This document shows, piece after piece, positions 1-9,676 of a stretch of DNA of 64,000 nt (the stretch's first letter is position 1; every line of letters begins with the position of its first letter). The position numbers and the translations under genes were made by a program. Below the pieces are notes generated by a model. It had not been told where the DNA came from. It did not search any database and saw only the letters and a list, made by a program, of their open reading frames with translations. This DNA is from Caldisericia bacterium (GTDB taxonomy: Bacteria; Caldisericota; Caldisericia; JAAYUI01). The stretch covers positions 1,984,001 to 2,048,000 of the forward strand of contig OY771555.1 in assembly GCA_963674785.1 (NCBI GenBank). The letters run 5' to 3'.

Positions 1-293
1 CCTTTGTAAATCTCTTTGATTCTTCCGACACCTTCGAACGCAAAAACTGGTCTACCTTCGAAAAGCTCGACATCTGAAACCTCAAATCCATCAAGAGAAG
101 AAATAGCCAAAACACACATATTATACCTGTGAAATTCAGCAATTGGTTTTGAATCTTTATAAAAACCAAAAACAGAACAAGGCACAACAAGAATCTTATC
201 AAGAAAAAACTGGTCTTTTGCAAAAATCCCAAGCTGAAGATGTGCGTAAGTTGGTGGATTAAAAGAGCCGCCGAGAATACCAATTCTACTCAA
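1..293 (-). CDS. nadD: Nicotinate-nucleotide adenylyltransferase (5' part; runs off window)
   Basis: Not in ORF track. Manual translation from TTG at 293: MSRIGILGGSFNPPTYAHLQLG... (GGSFNP + HxGH-like motif). Overlaps obg stop; obg-nadD is a common synteny. Confidence 0.9.
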   Translation of the reverse strand, partial: MSRIGILGGSFNPPTYAHLQLGIFAKDQFFLDKILVVPCSVFGFYKDSKPIAEFHRYNMCVLAISSLDGFEVSDVELFEGRPVFAFEGVGRIKEIYK

Positions 294-1536
294 GCACAAA
301 CCTCTCTGAACCGATTACAATCATATCTCCATCTGCTGCACCCATGGTTCTAAGTTTCTTCTCGATACCAACTCTCTCCATCTGTCTATGAACAAATGCT
401 CTACCATCGACGCTATTTATGTCTGTTGCGTGGATAATTCTCTCGAGAGGTTCATATTCAACAATAAACTCACCATCGACAACAGTGATGTCAATTTTTC
501 TCTTAGGAACGATCAATCTGATTTGATTTGTGACCTGAGTTTTTGGCGCTGGGGTTTCTATGATTTTGTCACCCATCATCTGCATCAATTCATCAGTATT
601 GATCCTCTCCTTGGCAGAGATACTCATATACTTGATATTCCTGATTTCAGCGAATTCTCTCAACTCTTTTTCTGTATCCTCGGCAACAATATCAATCTTG
701 TTTCCAACAATAAAAGCTGGTTTTGCATATGTTTCTTCTGAGTAGAGTTTAATTTCATTCCATAAGGTTTTCAGTGTTTCAACTGCATTACCTTCTGAAA
801 GATCGATAAGGTACATTAGAATTCTGCATCGTTCGACGTGTCTCAAAAACTCTAAACCAAGACCTTTACCAACCGATGCGCCCTCAATCAAACCAGGAAT
901 ATCTGCAACAGTATACCTACTCCAATCAGGAAGTGTCACCACTCCAAGAGATGGCTCAAGTGTTGTAAACGGATAATCACCAATCTTTGGTCTCGCATTT
1001 GAAATATTATTCAAAAGGGTGGATTTACCAGCATTTGGTAGTCCAACAAGACCGACATCTGCAAGAAGCTTCAACTCAATTCTGAGCCTGTACTTTTCAC
1101 CTTTTTCGCCACCAGTTGCGATGTGTGGAGATTGCCTTCGAGCATTTTTAAAATTAACGTTACCAAGTCCACCTCTGCCACCTTTTGCAACGAGGAATTC
1201 TTGACCATCTTCAACAAGATCAGCAATAAATGTGGATTCTGGATCAGTAAACACGGTAACACCAACAGGTACCTTTATGAAAAGATCCTTACCTGATGCA
1301 CCTGTTTTTTGGGAACCCTGTCCAGGTTTGCCATTGTCTGCCTTCTGAAATGGTTTGTCCTTAATGTCAGAAAGGTCGCTTAAACTGGAATCAGCTACAA
1401 GATAAACATCTCCGCCTCTTCCACCGCGACCTCCTGATGGACCACCCTTTGGTTCGTATTTTGCTCGACGAAAGGCAACAACACCATCTCCGCCACGACC
1501 GGCCTGAACGGTTACAGTTACCTCGTCAATAAACAT
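286..1536 (-). CDS. obgE: GTPase ObgE/CgtA
   Basis: MFIDEV..GGDG Gly-rich Obg domain, GLPNAGKS, DIPG, NKID, C-terminal OCT domain. Confidence 0.98.
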   Translation of the reverse strand: MFIDEVTVTVQAGRGGDGVVAFRRAKYEPKGGPSGGRGGRGGDVYLVADSSLSDLSDIKDKPFQKADNGKPGQGSQKTGASGKDLFIKVPVGVTVFTDPESTFIADLVEDGQEFLVAKGGRGGLGNVNFKNARRQSPHIATGGEKGEKYRLRIELKLLADVGLVGLPNAGKSTLLNNISNARPKIGDYPFTTLEPSLGVVTLPDWSRYTVADIPGLIEGASVGKGLGLEFLRHVERCRILMYLIDLSEGNAVETLKTLWNEIKLYSEETYAKPAFIVGNKIDIVAEDTEKELREFAEIRNIKYMSISAKERINTDELMQMMGDKIIETPAPKTQVTNQIRLIVPKRKIDITVVDGEFIVEYEPLERIIHATDINSVDGRAFVHRQMERVGIEKKLRTMGAADGDMIVIGSERFVLE

Positions 1537-1793
1537 TAGCCTACTGGTTCAACAACGCAACGTTTTCCCTTTTTGCCCATTCTGTTAAAATGGACTGTTC
1601 CAGAGATTGTTGCAAAGATTGTATGGTCTTTTCCAAGACCCGTTCCGATACCTGGATAAATCTTTGTTCCACGCTGTCTAACGATAATTCCACCGGCAGT
1701 TACAAACTGACCATCAGCAATTTTCACACCAAGATATTTTGGATTACTGTCTCTACCGTTTTTCGCAGAACCACTCGATTTCTTATGTGCCAT
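1536..1793 (-). CDS. rpmA: 50S ribosomal protein L27
   Basis: [24 protein letters not shown]...IIVRQRG; GGAGG SD; stop overlaps obg ATG. Confidence 0.98.
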   Translation of the reverse strand: MAHKKSSGSAKNGRDSNPKYLGVKIADGQFVTAGGIIVRQRGTKIYPGIGTGLGKDHTIFATISGTVHFNRMGKKGKRCVVEPVG

Positions 1794-1798
1794 TCTTC

Positions 1799-2875
1799 CT
1801 ATCCTCCTACATAACGCTTAATAATATAATCACTGTCCATCAAATGGAGCAGCGCCGAGTACCCAGGTCTAAACGTCAAGGTACAACCGGTTCTTATCAT
1901 TCCTGCATCCTCCACATCAACAACCATATGATCAGAGGAAGCGTCGATTAATACTACTCCATCATCAAGCGGTGTCAACAATGAAGGGATTGTATCTTGT
2001 TTTCCCACATTCAAAATTGCCCTTTTCCGCACACCCATATCTTTAAATTCTGGGCTTTCACCCATCGCATTCTGGGCAAATTTACCCCACGGTTTTGATG
2101 GTTTATCATAACATTCAATTACCTCAGCAACCAATTTGAATGTATCAATATTGAATCCGGGTATGTATTCTCTTGTGAGAACATTTGTCCCCAAAACGAT
2201 ACTCTCACCAACATGGAGCTCATTGATTCCATCAGGGATACTGTTATCAATCACCATCGGCAAAACATTTGATCCACCACCTGCAACAATTGGAAAGCTT
2301 ACTCCTAACTCAGTTTTTATTTGTTCATTTATCTTTAATAATTCACCAAGGTTTTCTATTGTTGGCATCGCACCTGAGAGACAGGTCAAAGTTGTTCCAA
2401 TTCCTGCAACCTCAATACCATTGAGATTCATCGATGACTGAACAACCGACAAAAATTGATCCTTTGGTATTCCTTCTCGAAGGTCACCAAGCTCAACCAG
2501 AAGAATTATGGAGTGTTTTTTATTATATTTTTCGGCAATCTCTGAAATTCGGTTTATTGTAGAAATATCAGTTTGAAGGCTGACATCAACATTTTTCACC
2601 AAATCTTCAAGGGATGAAAAACCTGGTGATCTTATTGACATCAACTTTGCATCAGGAAAGCTTTCCCTCAATCGAAGTAGATTTTGAATTCTGGAATCAG
2701 CAAGACCCTTGCATCCACATTTCAAAAGCACCTCGGAAATTCTTCTATCTGCTAAAAATGATTTAGTAACACACCAAACATCAATACCTTTTTTTTCACA
2801 AATGTTTATGATTTTTTCAGCATTTTGTGCTATCTTATCCAAGTTTATCTCAAGTATAGGTGTTATCTCCTGCAT
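1799..2875 (-). CDS. Alanine/ornithine racemase-family PLP enzyme (Orr/YhfX-like)
   Basis: VTK PLP lysine, [27 protein letters not shown] motifs. Confidence 0.85.
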   Translation of the reverse strand: MQEITPILEINLDKIAQNAEKIINICEKKGIDVWCVTKSFLADRRISEVLLKCGCKGLADSRIQNLLRLRESFPDAKLMSIRSPGFSSLEDLVKNVDVSLQTDISTINRISEIAEKYNKKHSIILLVELGDLREGIPKDQFLSVVQSSMNLNGIEVAGIGTTLTCLSGAMPTIENLGELLKINEQIKTELGVSFPIVAGGGSNVLPMVIDNSIPDGINELHVGESIVLGTNVLTREYIPGFNIDTFKLVAEVIECYDKPSKPWGKFAQNAMGESPEFKDMGVRKRAILNVGKQDTIPSLLTPLDDGVVLIDASSDHMVVDVEDAGMIRTGCTLTFRPGYSALLHLMDSDYIIKRYVGG

Positions 2876-2881
2876 AAGCTC

Positions 2882-2911
2882 ATCCTATCACATGGGTACG
2901 ATTTTGGTCAA
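2882..2911 (-). promoter_or_regulatory. sigma70-like promoter, leaderless-type, for racemase-rpmA-obg-nadD
   Basis: TTGACC-N18-TAGGAT (preceded by TGn), 6 nt before ATG at 2875. Confidence 0.6.
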
Positions 2912-3007
2912 GGAAAAATTCTGATTATCAGTAAATTTCTTGACTTGTCACCGATATATGAATTACTATAGGCAAGTTATTGATATACTTATTGAGGTGT
3001 TGTAATC

Positions 3008-4363
3008 ATGAAAGGAAATGATTGGGCAAGATTAGTATTCATTCTGCTCATCGTTGCTCTCTCAGTTTGGGTGGCATTTTTTCCAAGCACACTCACTGTT
3101 GAGAAAACGGTTCAGACTGAATCAGGACAGCCAAAAACAGTTGTGGGTCCAAAATACCCATACCGCCTAGGTCTCGACCTTCAGGGTGGTGTTCACGTAG
3201 TACTTGAAGCAGAGAAACCTGCTGAAGGTGAAATCACTGACGAAGCAATGGAAAGGACTGTTGCAGTTCTCCAGAACCGTGTCAATAGTCTTGGTGTTGC
3301 CGACACAATTGTTCAGCGTCAGGGAAACAAAAATCGTATCCTTGTTGACCTTCCAGGTTATCAGGATAAAGAACTCGCTCTCTCCATTCTTGGAAGAACA
3401 GCAAGACTTGAGTTCAGAAAATACGATGGAACTGTAATTCTCACCGGTGAACATGTTAAGTCAGCCAAAGCACTCTTTGGTCAAGGAAACAGTGGAACAG
3501 GCAATGAATGGCAGATCGCATTTGAACTCGATGCTCAGGGTACAACTCTTTTTGCAGACGCAACAAGAGAAGCAGCTGGATATCCAAAGGGTGATGAAAA
3601 AAATACAATCTCCATCTGGCTTGACGAAGACGAACTCATGAGTCCAGGCGTCAATGATCCAATTGAAACTGGTTCTGGTGTTATCACAAGTGGTGGCGGA
3701 GATCTCGATTCACAGAGAGCATGGGCAACCCAGAATGCTCTGCTCATCGAGGGTGGTGCGCTTCCATTACAGCTTAACGCAGACCCAGCAGAACTTAGAG
3801 TTGTTGGTGCATCCCTTGGACAGGATACCGTAAATAATGTCGGACTTGCAGCAATTATCGCAATCCTCCTTATTGCAATCTATATGCTTTTCTACTACAG
3901 AGGAATGGGATTCTTTGCAGTTATTTCACTGGCAATCTACGCATGTATCTACCTTGCACTTCTGCTCCTTGTTGGTGCAACATTCTCGTTACCAGCAATC
4001 GGTGCAGCGATCCTATCTGTAGGTATGGCGGTTGACGCAAACGTAATCATCTTTGAGAGAATCAAAGAAGAGCTTGCAGAAGGCAAAACTCCAACATCAG
4101 CAGTTGCAAATGGTTTCTCAAAAGGTTTCTCAACCATTTTTGATGCAAACTTCACAACCCTTGTTGGTGCCGGTGTTCTTTATTGGCTCGCAACTGGAGC
4201 CGTAAAGGGATTCGCGGTCACACTCGCATTTGGTATCTTTGCATCTTTCTTCACAGCTCTTTTTGTTGCAAGATTCCTTATGGATATGATGACAAAATTT
4301 ATGAAACCTGCTCCAGGCTCAAAAATGTTTGACTTCCTTTATGGAGTAGGAGGTAGAAAATGA
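3008..4363 (+). CDS. secD: Protein translocase subunit SecD
   Basis: LGLDLQGG, RVNSLGV, GMAVDANVIIFERIKEE, 6 TM segments. Confidence 0.97.
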   Translation: MKGNDWARLVFILLIVALSVWVAFFPSTLTVEKTVQTESGQPKTVVGPKYPYRLGLDLQGGVHVVLEAEKPAEGEITDEAMERTVAVLQNRVNSLGVADTIVQRQGNKNRILVDLPGYQDKELALSILGRTARLEFRKYDGTVILTGEHVKSAKALFGQGNSGTGNEWQIAFELDAQGTTLFADATREAAGYPKGDEKNTISIWLDEDELMSPGVNDPIETGSGVITSGGGDLDSQRAWATQNALLIEGGALPLQLNADPAELRVVGASLGQDTVNNVGLAAIIAILLIAIYMLFYYRGMGFFAVISLAIYACIYLALLLLVGATFSLPAIGAAILSVGMAVDANVIIFERIKEELAEGKTPTSAVANGFSKGFSTIFDANFTTLVGAGVLYWLATGAVKGFAVTLAFGIFASFFTALFVARFLMDMMTKFMKPAPGSKMFDFLYGVGGRK

Positions 4364-5850
4364 TAATTTGGGATCCAAAAAAATGGGATATTATCGGTAA
4401 ACTCCGAATCCTTATGATCAGTTTCATCACAGTAATCATTGTTGGAGCATTATTGATTGGATTCAGATGGGCAACAACAGGACAGTCTGTTGATGTTGCA
4501 CACATCGTTTTTGAAAATGAAATCGAAGGCGAGTCAGCAGATATTACAACCAAGTCGGCGGAACTTATCGTTGACATGGAACTTGTCAATGCATCAATTT
4601 CAACTGGTATCAGTAAGGTAAACGTTGCAGCCGAAGAAAACTCAGAAACAGGCGCAGCAGTAGACTATCAGGACATTCAGAATGTTATTGAGATTCAGGC
4701 TGACAGCATCAGTGATGCTCAGTACAAGGAAATTTCAACAATACTTCAGGGTGAATACGGAACTGCAGTTGACTCACCAAGTGCAAAGTATGCTGAAGCA
4801 TCTAAACTCATCACCAAGAAAATTTCAGGTCAGCCATGGAACTGGGGACTTGATTTCACTGGTGGAACAATTGTTGAACTTACATTCGAAGAACCATTTG
4901 TTGAAAATGGTGAAGCAATGGAAGATTCAGCTGTTATCGCCGAAGTCAGAGGACTTTTCTCAAAACACGGTATTTCCGTTGGAGCCATCCAGGTTCAGAG
5001 AAAAGCTGGTACGACAGAGGCTGGTGTAAAGGTTGCAAACTCACTCCTCATCAGAACTCAGGAAGCATCACAAACAAAACTTCAGGTTGTAATCGATGAC
5101 CTACATGACAGGTTTGGTGAAGAAGTCGAAGATCAGCAGAGAATCGATACAATTGGTCCAGTTATCGGTGATGAACTTAAAGCAACTGCATGGAAAGCTC
5201 TTCTTTGGGCTCTTTCAATCATCTTCCTTTATATCGCATTCAGATTTGAACCAAAGGCATCTGTTGCAGCCATTGCATGTCTTGTTCATGATCTCTTCTT
5301 TGTTCTCGGTGTGCTTTCACTCTTCTGGGTCGAACTCAATCTTGCAGCTGTAGCGGCACTTCTGGCGATGATATCTTACGACGTTCAAGACACAGTTGTT
5401 ATCATGGATCGTGTCCGTGAGAATTCAAAACTTTGGCTTGGGAAGATTACCTATCCAGAAATGATCAACCTCTCGGTTACACAGACATTCATGAGATCGT
5501 TCAATACCTCTGTAACAACCCTCTTCTCAATTCTGGTTCTTCTTTTCTTCGGTGGAAGAACAATTCTTGACTTCACACTCATCCTCTTCCTTGGACTTTT
5601 AGCCGGAACATTCTCATCAATCTACATTGCAGCCCCATTGCTTGTTGTGTGGAAAAATGCTGGTGCTAAATATGCCGGTGGAGAAGCTGAAACATATAAT
5701 CTTTCTGGAAACAATGGCGTCAAAGACATGAAGATTGACGTTGAAGAAGAAGTTTCTGATGCTCCAGTTCAAAAGGCACAGTTAGTAAAAAAATCTGGTC
5801 CTCCTCCAAAAAAGAGAAGACCAGGACAGAGAAAGAAAAAACGTAGCTAA
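4360..5850 (+). CDS. secF: Protein translocase subunit SecF (with extra periplasmic insertion)
   Basis: GLDFTGG, IGPVIGDEL, DTVVIMDRVREN; ATGA overlap with secD. Confidence 0.95.
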   Translation: MIIWDPKKWDIIGKLRILMISFITVIIVGALLIGFRWATTGQSVDVAHIVFENEIEGESADITTKSAELIVDMELVNASISTGISKVNVAAEENSETGAAVDYQDIQNVIEIQADSISDAQYKEISTILQGEYGTAVDSPSAKYAEASKLITKKISGQPWNWGLDFTGGTIVELTFEEPFVENGEAMEDSAVIAEVRGLFSKHGISVGAIQVQRKAGTTEAGVKVANSLLIRTQEASQTKLQVVIDDLHDRFGEEVEDQQRIDTIGPVIGDELKATAWKALLWALSIIFLYIAFRFEPKASVAAIACLVHDLFFVLGVLSLFWVELNLAAVAALLAMISYDVQDTVVIMDRVRENSKLWLGKITYPEMINLSVTQTFMRSFNTSVTTLFSILVLLFFGGRTILDFTLILFLGLLAGTFSSIYIAAPLLVVWKNAGAKYAGGEAETYNLSGNNGVKDMKIDVEEEVSDAPVQKAQLVKKSGPPPKKRRPGQRKKKRS

Positions 5851-5888
5851 TAATTTTGATTAAACAATTAGGGATGGAGGTTCCCCGG

Positions 5889-6272
5889 ATGAAAAAGCTC
5901 ATTTTAATTGCTCAGGAAACTGTTGAAGCAAGAAAGAGAGTTTTGATGGCGCTTGAACCGCTTTATGAAGAGGGGTATTACCTTTTCTCGTGCTCAAGCG
6001 GTGAGGATATCTTCAAAAAGATACCTCTTGGGACTCCATCCCTTATTATTCTAGACCTCGTTCTTCCAGAAATGAACGGGTTTGAGGTCTTAAACCGCCT
6101 TCGGGCAAACCCAAGAACAGCTGAAATTCCAGCGATGGTTCTCGTCTCACCTACCCAGGGGATTTTTAAACTTATAAGTATTGGTCTTAATTCCACAATA
6201 TTTGCATCACGTCCAACATCCTCAAGCAAATTGCTTGATCTTGTTAAAAAATGTGTGGAGGCACCAAGATGA
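5889..6272 (+). CDS. Stand-alone response regulator receiver (atypical)
   Basis: LIILDLVLPEMNGFEVL receiver motif; GGAGG SD before ATG 5889. Confidence 0.85.
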   Translation: MKKLILIAQETVEARKRVLMALEPLYEEGYYLFSCSSGEDIFKKIPLGTPSLIILDLVLPEMNGFEVLNRLRANPRTAEIPAMVLVSPTQGIFKLISIGLNSTIFASRPTSSSKLLDLVKKCVEAPR

Positions 6273-7165
6273 TCGATATTACCAAAATTTATCCCGAACA
6301 TGGAGATTTTGCTCCTCTTGAAGACAGCTACTCTGATAACCCATCTAACGCTATCTACACCATGAGAACCAGGTTACAATCAGGAATCCTCAGAGCAGAT
6401 TTCTCAAACTCTACATTTGGTGTCCTTCTTTACAAAGGAAGACCTCTTATATCGACATACCAATCTGAAAAGGAATTCAAGTTTGGAACCGAGGCCTTAA
6501 ACAAAGCCGAGGAAGCCCATAAAAATGAGAATTCAACCGGTGCCTATAAGGTTGCAGATATTGACCCTCTTGTTGTTGAGTGTTTCTCTGCACTTTTTTC
6601 AAGATACCCAGTCTTTAGAAACTTTAACCCACAGATACTCATTATCGATGAGCTTTTTAATCGAATGGTTTATGAAAAATTTACTGGAAGCATCTGTCTT
6701 ACAACCCCAAATGACTACGTCATTTTGTATGTTTCCTCAGGAAATCTTCTTGATACTGAAAAAGGAAAGATCAACGACAGATACCCAATTAACGAATCTC
6801 CAGTGACAGAAAACATGGCAAAAGCTGTGACTCTTATGAGTGATCCTTCTGCATCTCTGGATATCTATGAAATACCAGAGAACCTCTACTCTGAGCTCAC
6901 AACCTGGCAGTATGGTATTCCATTTAAAACACCTGTCAGCATCAACCTTCTTATCGATGAGCTGATGGACATCTCGAGAGATGAGCTTAAAGGGAAAAGC
7001 ACATTCTTCGATAAACACCTGCAAGAGATTGGCAACGATATTGCTGACATCGAAGATTTCTGTAATAACTTAGAAAATTATCTTGACATAGAGCTTTCAA
7101 GAAGGGTTCTTATCAGCCTCACAGATAAGCTTTTAAATGCCATCTCAGCATTCAAAAACAAATAG
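6269..7165 (+). CDS. Hypothetical protein with two PATAN/DUF4388-like repeats
   Basis: QSGILRADF..GVLLYKGRPL and KFTGSICL..VILYVSSGNLL segments; ATGA coupling with upstream gene. Confidence 0.6.
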   Translation: MIDITKIYPEHGDFAPLEDSYSDNPSNAIYTMRTRLQSGILRADFSNSTFGVLLYKGRPLISTYQSEKEFKFGTEALNKAEEAHKNENSTGAYKVADIDPLVVECFSALFSRYPVFRNFNPQILIIDELFNRMVYEKFTGSICLTTPNDYVILYVSSGNLLDTEKGKINDRYPINESPVTENMAKAVTLMSDPSASLDIYEIPENLYSELTTWQYGIPFKTPVSINLLIDELMDISRDELKGKSTFFDKHLQEIGNDIADIEDFCNNLENYLDIELSRRVLISLTDKLLNAISAFKNK

Positions 7166-7970
7166 TCTTTGTCAGATAATACTTGAGGTTGAGTTTTTTT
7201 ATAACAGATTCATCTAAGACATGATTCTCTTTTGGTTCTGCAAAAATGGTTGAACCAGAACCTGTCATTGAAACCACCTCAAACAATCTAGTTTTATTTA
7301 TCTTTTCTATAATTTCTTCAACTTCAGGCAACAATCTTTTTGCGGCATCAAAAAGAGAATTACATGGCTGAGTTATTCTTTTTTCTATTTCAGGAATCAC
7401 TGCATTAACAGGATTCCTATCGAACTCCTCATAAACATCTTTGGTAGAAAGGGATTTTTCAGGACAAAATAGAACAAGTATTTTTTCAGGTAAACTCAAT
7501 TTCTCTATCAATTCACCTGTCCCAAAAACTCTCATCCATCCAGGGTTCATAAATATTGGTAAATCTGAACCAACTTTTTTTGCAATATCAACTATCTCAG
7601 AATCAGAGACGTCAATCCCCAAAAGCTTTATTAGCTCAAGAATGGTTGACATTGCATTTGAAGAACCTCCACCTAAACCAGCTCCATGTGGGATATTTTT
7701 TTTGATTCTTACTGTAACTCTCTTGCTGATATTAAAACGTTCAAAAAAAAGGTTTACCGCTTTCCATACAATATTTTTTTCACCTGGCGCAACATCACAA
7801 AAAACCTCAACACCACTGCCATCAGCCAATTCTAGACTAATTTCATCGAACAAATCGATCGTACTTACTATCGAATCAATCTGATGGAGAGAAGAACCTA
7901 CAGGCTTCGGGAAAACATACAAATCCCAGTTTATCTTTGCGTATGATTTAAACTGGGATGAAACCGGCAA
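7152..7970 (-). CDS. ispE: 4-diphosphocytidyl-2-C-methyl-D-erythritol kinase
   Basis: AKINWDL, IPHGAGLGGGSSNA, GSD, MTGSGST. Start uncertain (TTG 7970 chosen; ORF is open to 8021). Confidence 0.93.
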   Translation of the reverse strand: MPVSSQFKSYAKINWDLYVFPKPVGSSLHQIDSIVSTIDLFDEISLELADGSGVEVFCDVAPGEKNIVWKAVNLFFERFNISKRVTVRIKKNIPHGAGLGGGSSNAMSTILELIKLLGIDVSDSEIVDIAKKVGSDLPIFMNPGWMRVFGTGELIEKLSLPEKILVLFCPEKSLSTKDVYEEFDRNPVNAVIPEIEKRITQPCNSLFDAAKRLLPEVEEIIEKINKTRLFEVVSMTGSGSTIFAEPKENHVLDESVIKKLNLKYYLTKTICF

Positions 7971-8772
7971 GTCTTTTGAATTGTTCAACTGTGAGCTCTT
8001 CCCCTCTAATGTTTTTATCAAGACCTAAAAAAGACATCGCAGAATAAACATCTTGGGTGGCAAAACCAGCCTCGGTAAGTGAATTAACAAGCATCTTTCT
8101 TCGAAGCATAAATGCTCCCTCAACAACCTTTAAAAAATGTTCCTCAGCAACAACCGGAAGTCTTGGTATCTCAGGGGGAGATAATTTCACAAAAGATGAA
8201 CCAACATTTGGTTTTGGGAAAAACGAACTTGCATGCACTTTGAACAAAACTTTTGTGTCAAATGCATACTGAGCAAAAACAGAAAAAGCTGTATATTCAC
8301 GAGTTTTGGGTTTTGCTTTGAGATGATTTACTATGTCATCCGGCAACATAAAGTACGCATTTGCTGTCGGTACTTGATTTGACCACTGTCTGATTATCGC
8401 AGATGCACAATAATAGGGGAGATTACCAATCACCTTCGTTGGATTCATTGATCTCATATCCAACTGCAAAACGTCATCAAAGATAACTCTTATATTTTTA
8501 AATTCCTCTGTGTTTCTTAGAAGTAGGGGGCGAAGATTTGTATCAATTTCAACCGCAATAACACTATGAACAATTTCTGCAATCGAGGTTGTTAGACAAC
8601 CAGTCCCAGCACCAATCTCTAAAATCCAATCTGATCTATCAAGCGAAGATGAGACGATAATCTTGTCAATTATTGTTTTGTCATGGCAAAAGTTCTGACC
8701 ATACTTCTTTCGTAGTCGGATTTCGTATTCGTTTAGATCATTTCTTAATGCTTTCAAGCCGTCCGAGGACAT
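7948..8772 (-). CDS. rsmA: 16S rRNA adenine dimethyltransferase
   Basis: GQNF, EIGAGTG, GNLPY, FFPKPNV. Confidence 0.96.
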   Translation of the reverse strand: MSSDGLKALRNDLNEYEIRLRKKYGQNFCHDKTIIDKIIVSSSLDRSDWILEIGAGTGCLTTSIAEIVHSVIAVEIDTNLRPLLLRNTEEFKNIRVIFDDVLQLDMRSMNPTKVIGNLPYYCASAIIRQWSNQVPTANAYFMLPDDIVNHLKAKPKTREYTAFSVFAQYAFDTKVLFKVHASSFFPKPNVGSSFVKLSPPEIPRLPVVAEEHFLKVVEGAFMLRRKMLVNSLTEAGFATQDVYSAMSFLGLDKNIRGEELTVEQFKRLAGFIPV

Positions 8773-9676
8773 AAACTTTCACCTTCCTTCTTCCCCACGA
8801 AAGAGCTGATTTTTTATCATAAAAGAAAACATCAACTCTTCCCGGGCCGATTGCTCCGCCACAGTCCCCAGCAATGGCATAACCGTACCCCTCAATGTAT
8901 AACTGAGTATAGTATGGAATCTGTTTCGGGTAAACTGCAACAACACCAAAACCAGATTTTAGTCCAGTCGCACAAACAGTAGGATCAGAATCGCATTCTT
9001 CGACAGTTGGAGTATATGCAGTTGACTCTAAAACAAGCATATCCTCATAAAATGCTGGTATCCCCGAATTTTTTCCAGATAAAAAATCTCCAACTGATTG
9101 TTTAACCTTTGTTGATGAAATTAATTGTTCGGACACAAACTCATCGTTTTCATAAATTTGAAGATATTTTTTTTGAATAACAAATCCAGCATCAGAATTA
9201 TTTATTATTATTTCTTTTCCGATATTTCGATTTTCTGGTTTATAGATAAAATCATAAGGAATAGCAATATCTTCTATTCGTTCTTCATGTCTCACTCTGA
9301 TCAGTTTTTGTTCTAAAACTCCTGTTTCTGGGTTTAAAACTTTTTCGAATCTGTCATATTTTGAAATATTGAGTTTTACTTCTTCTGGAGTAACACCATC
9401 TTTTGAAAAAAAACTATAAGAATCTTTGCCATCGGTTATTTTAACGACCCTTCTCGACTCCAAAGAGTATATTTCCCCATCATTGAGTCTTGTATCATAG
9501 AAAGATATCAACCTAAAAGAAATGTCTTTCAGATTCTTGTGGTAGGTTGTCAAAACCTCAACCTGATCATCAATTTCTAATCCAATTGAAATAACGGAAG
9601 AAACCCCGAAAAACAGGAGCAAAACCGTTAGAATTCCAATTAACCAATTTGAAATGTAAAATTCGTTTTTACTCAC
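8738..9676 (-). CDS. Membrane-anchored 3D-domain (YabE-like) cell-wall protein
   Basis: N-terminal TM; STAYT..TG..VVAV..IP..YIEGYG..AGDCGGAI..VDVF 3D domain; yabE-rsmA-ispE synteny. GTG start 9676 inferred. Confidence 0.85.
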   Translation of the reverse strand: MSKNEFYISNWLIGILTVLLLFFGVSSVISIGLEIDDQVEVLTTYHKNLKDISFRLISFYDTRLNDGEIYSLESRRVVKITDGKDSYSFFSKDGVTPEEVKLNISKYDRFEKVLNPETGVLEQKLIRVRHEERIEDIAIPYDFIYKPENRNIGKEIIINNSDAGFVIQKKYLQIYENDEFVSEQLISSTKVKQSVGDFLSGKNSGIPAFYEDMLVLESTAYTPTVEECDSDPTVCATGLKSGFGVVAVYPKQIPYYTQLYIEGYGYAIAGDCGGAIGPGRVDVFFYDKKSALSWGRRKVKVYVLGRLESIKK

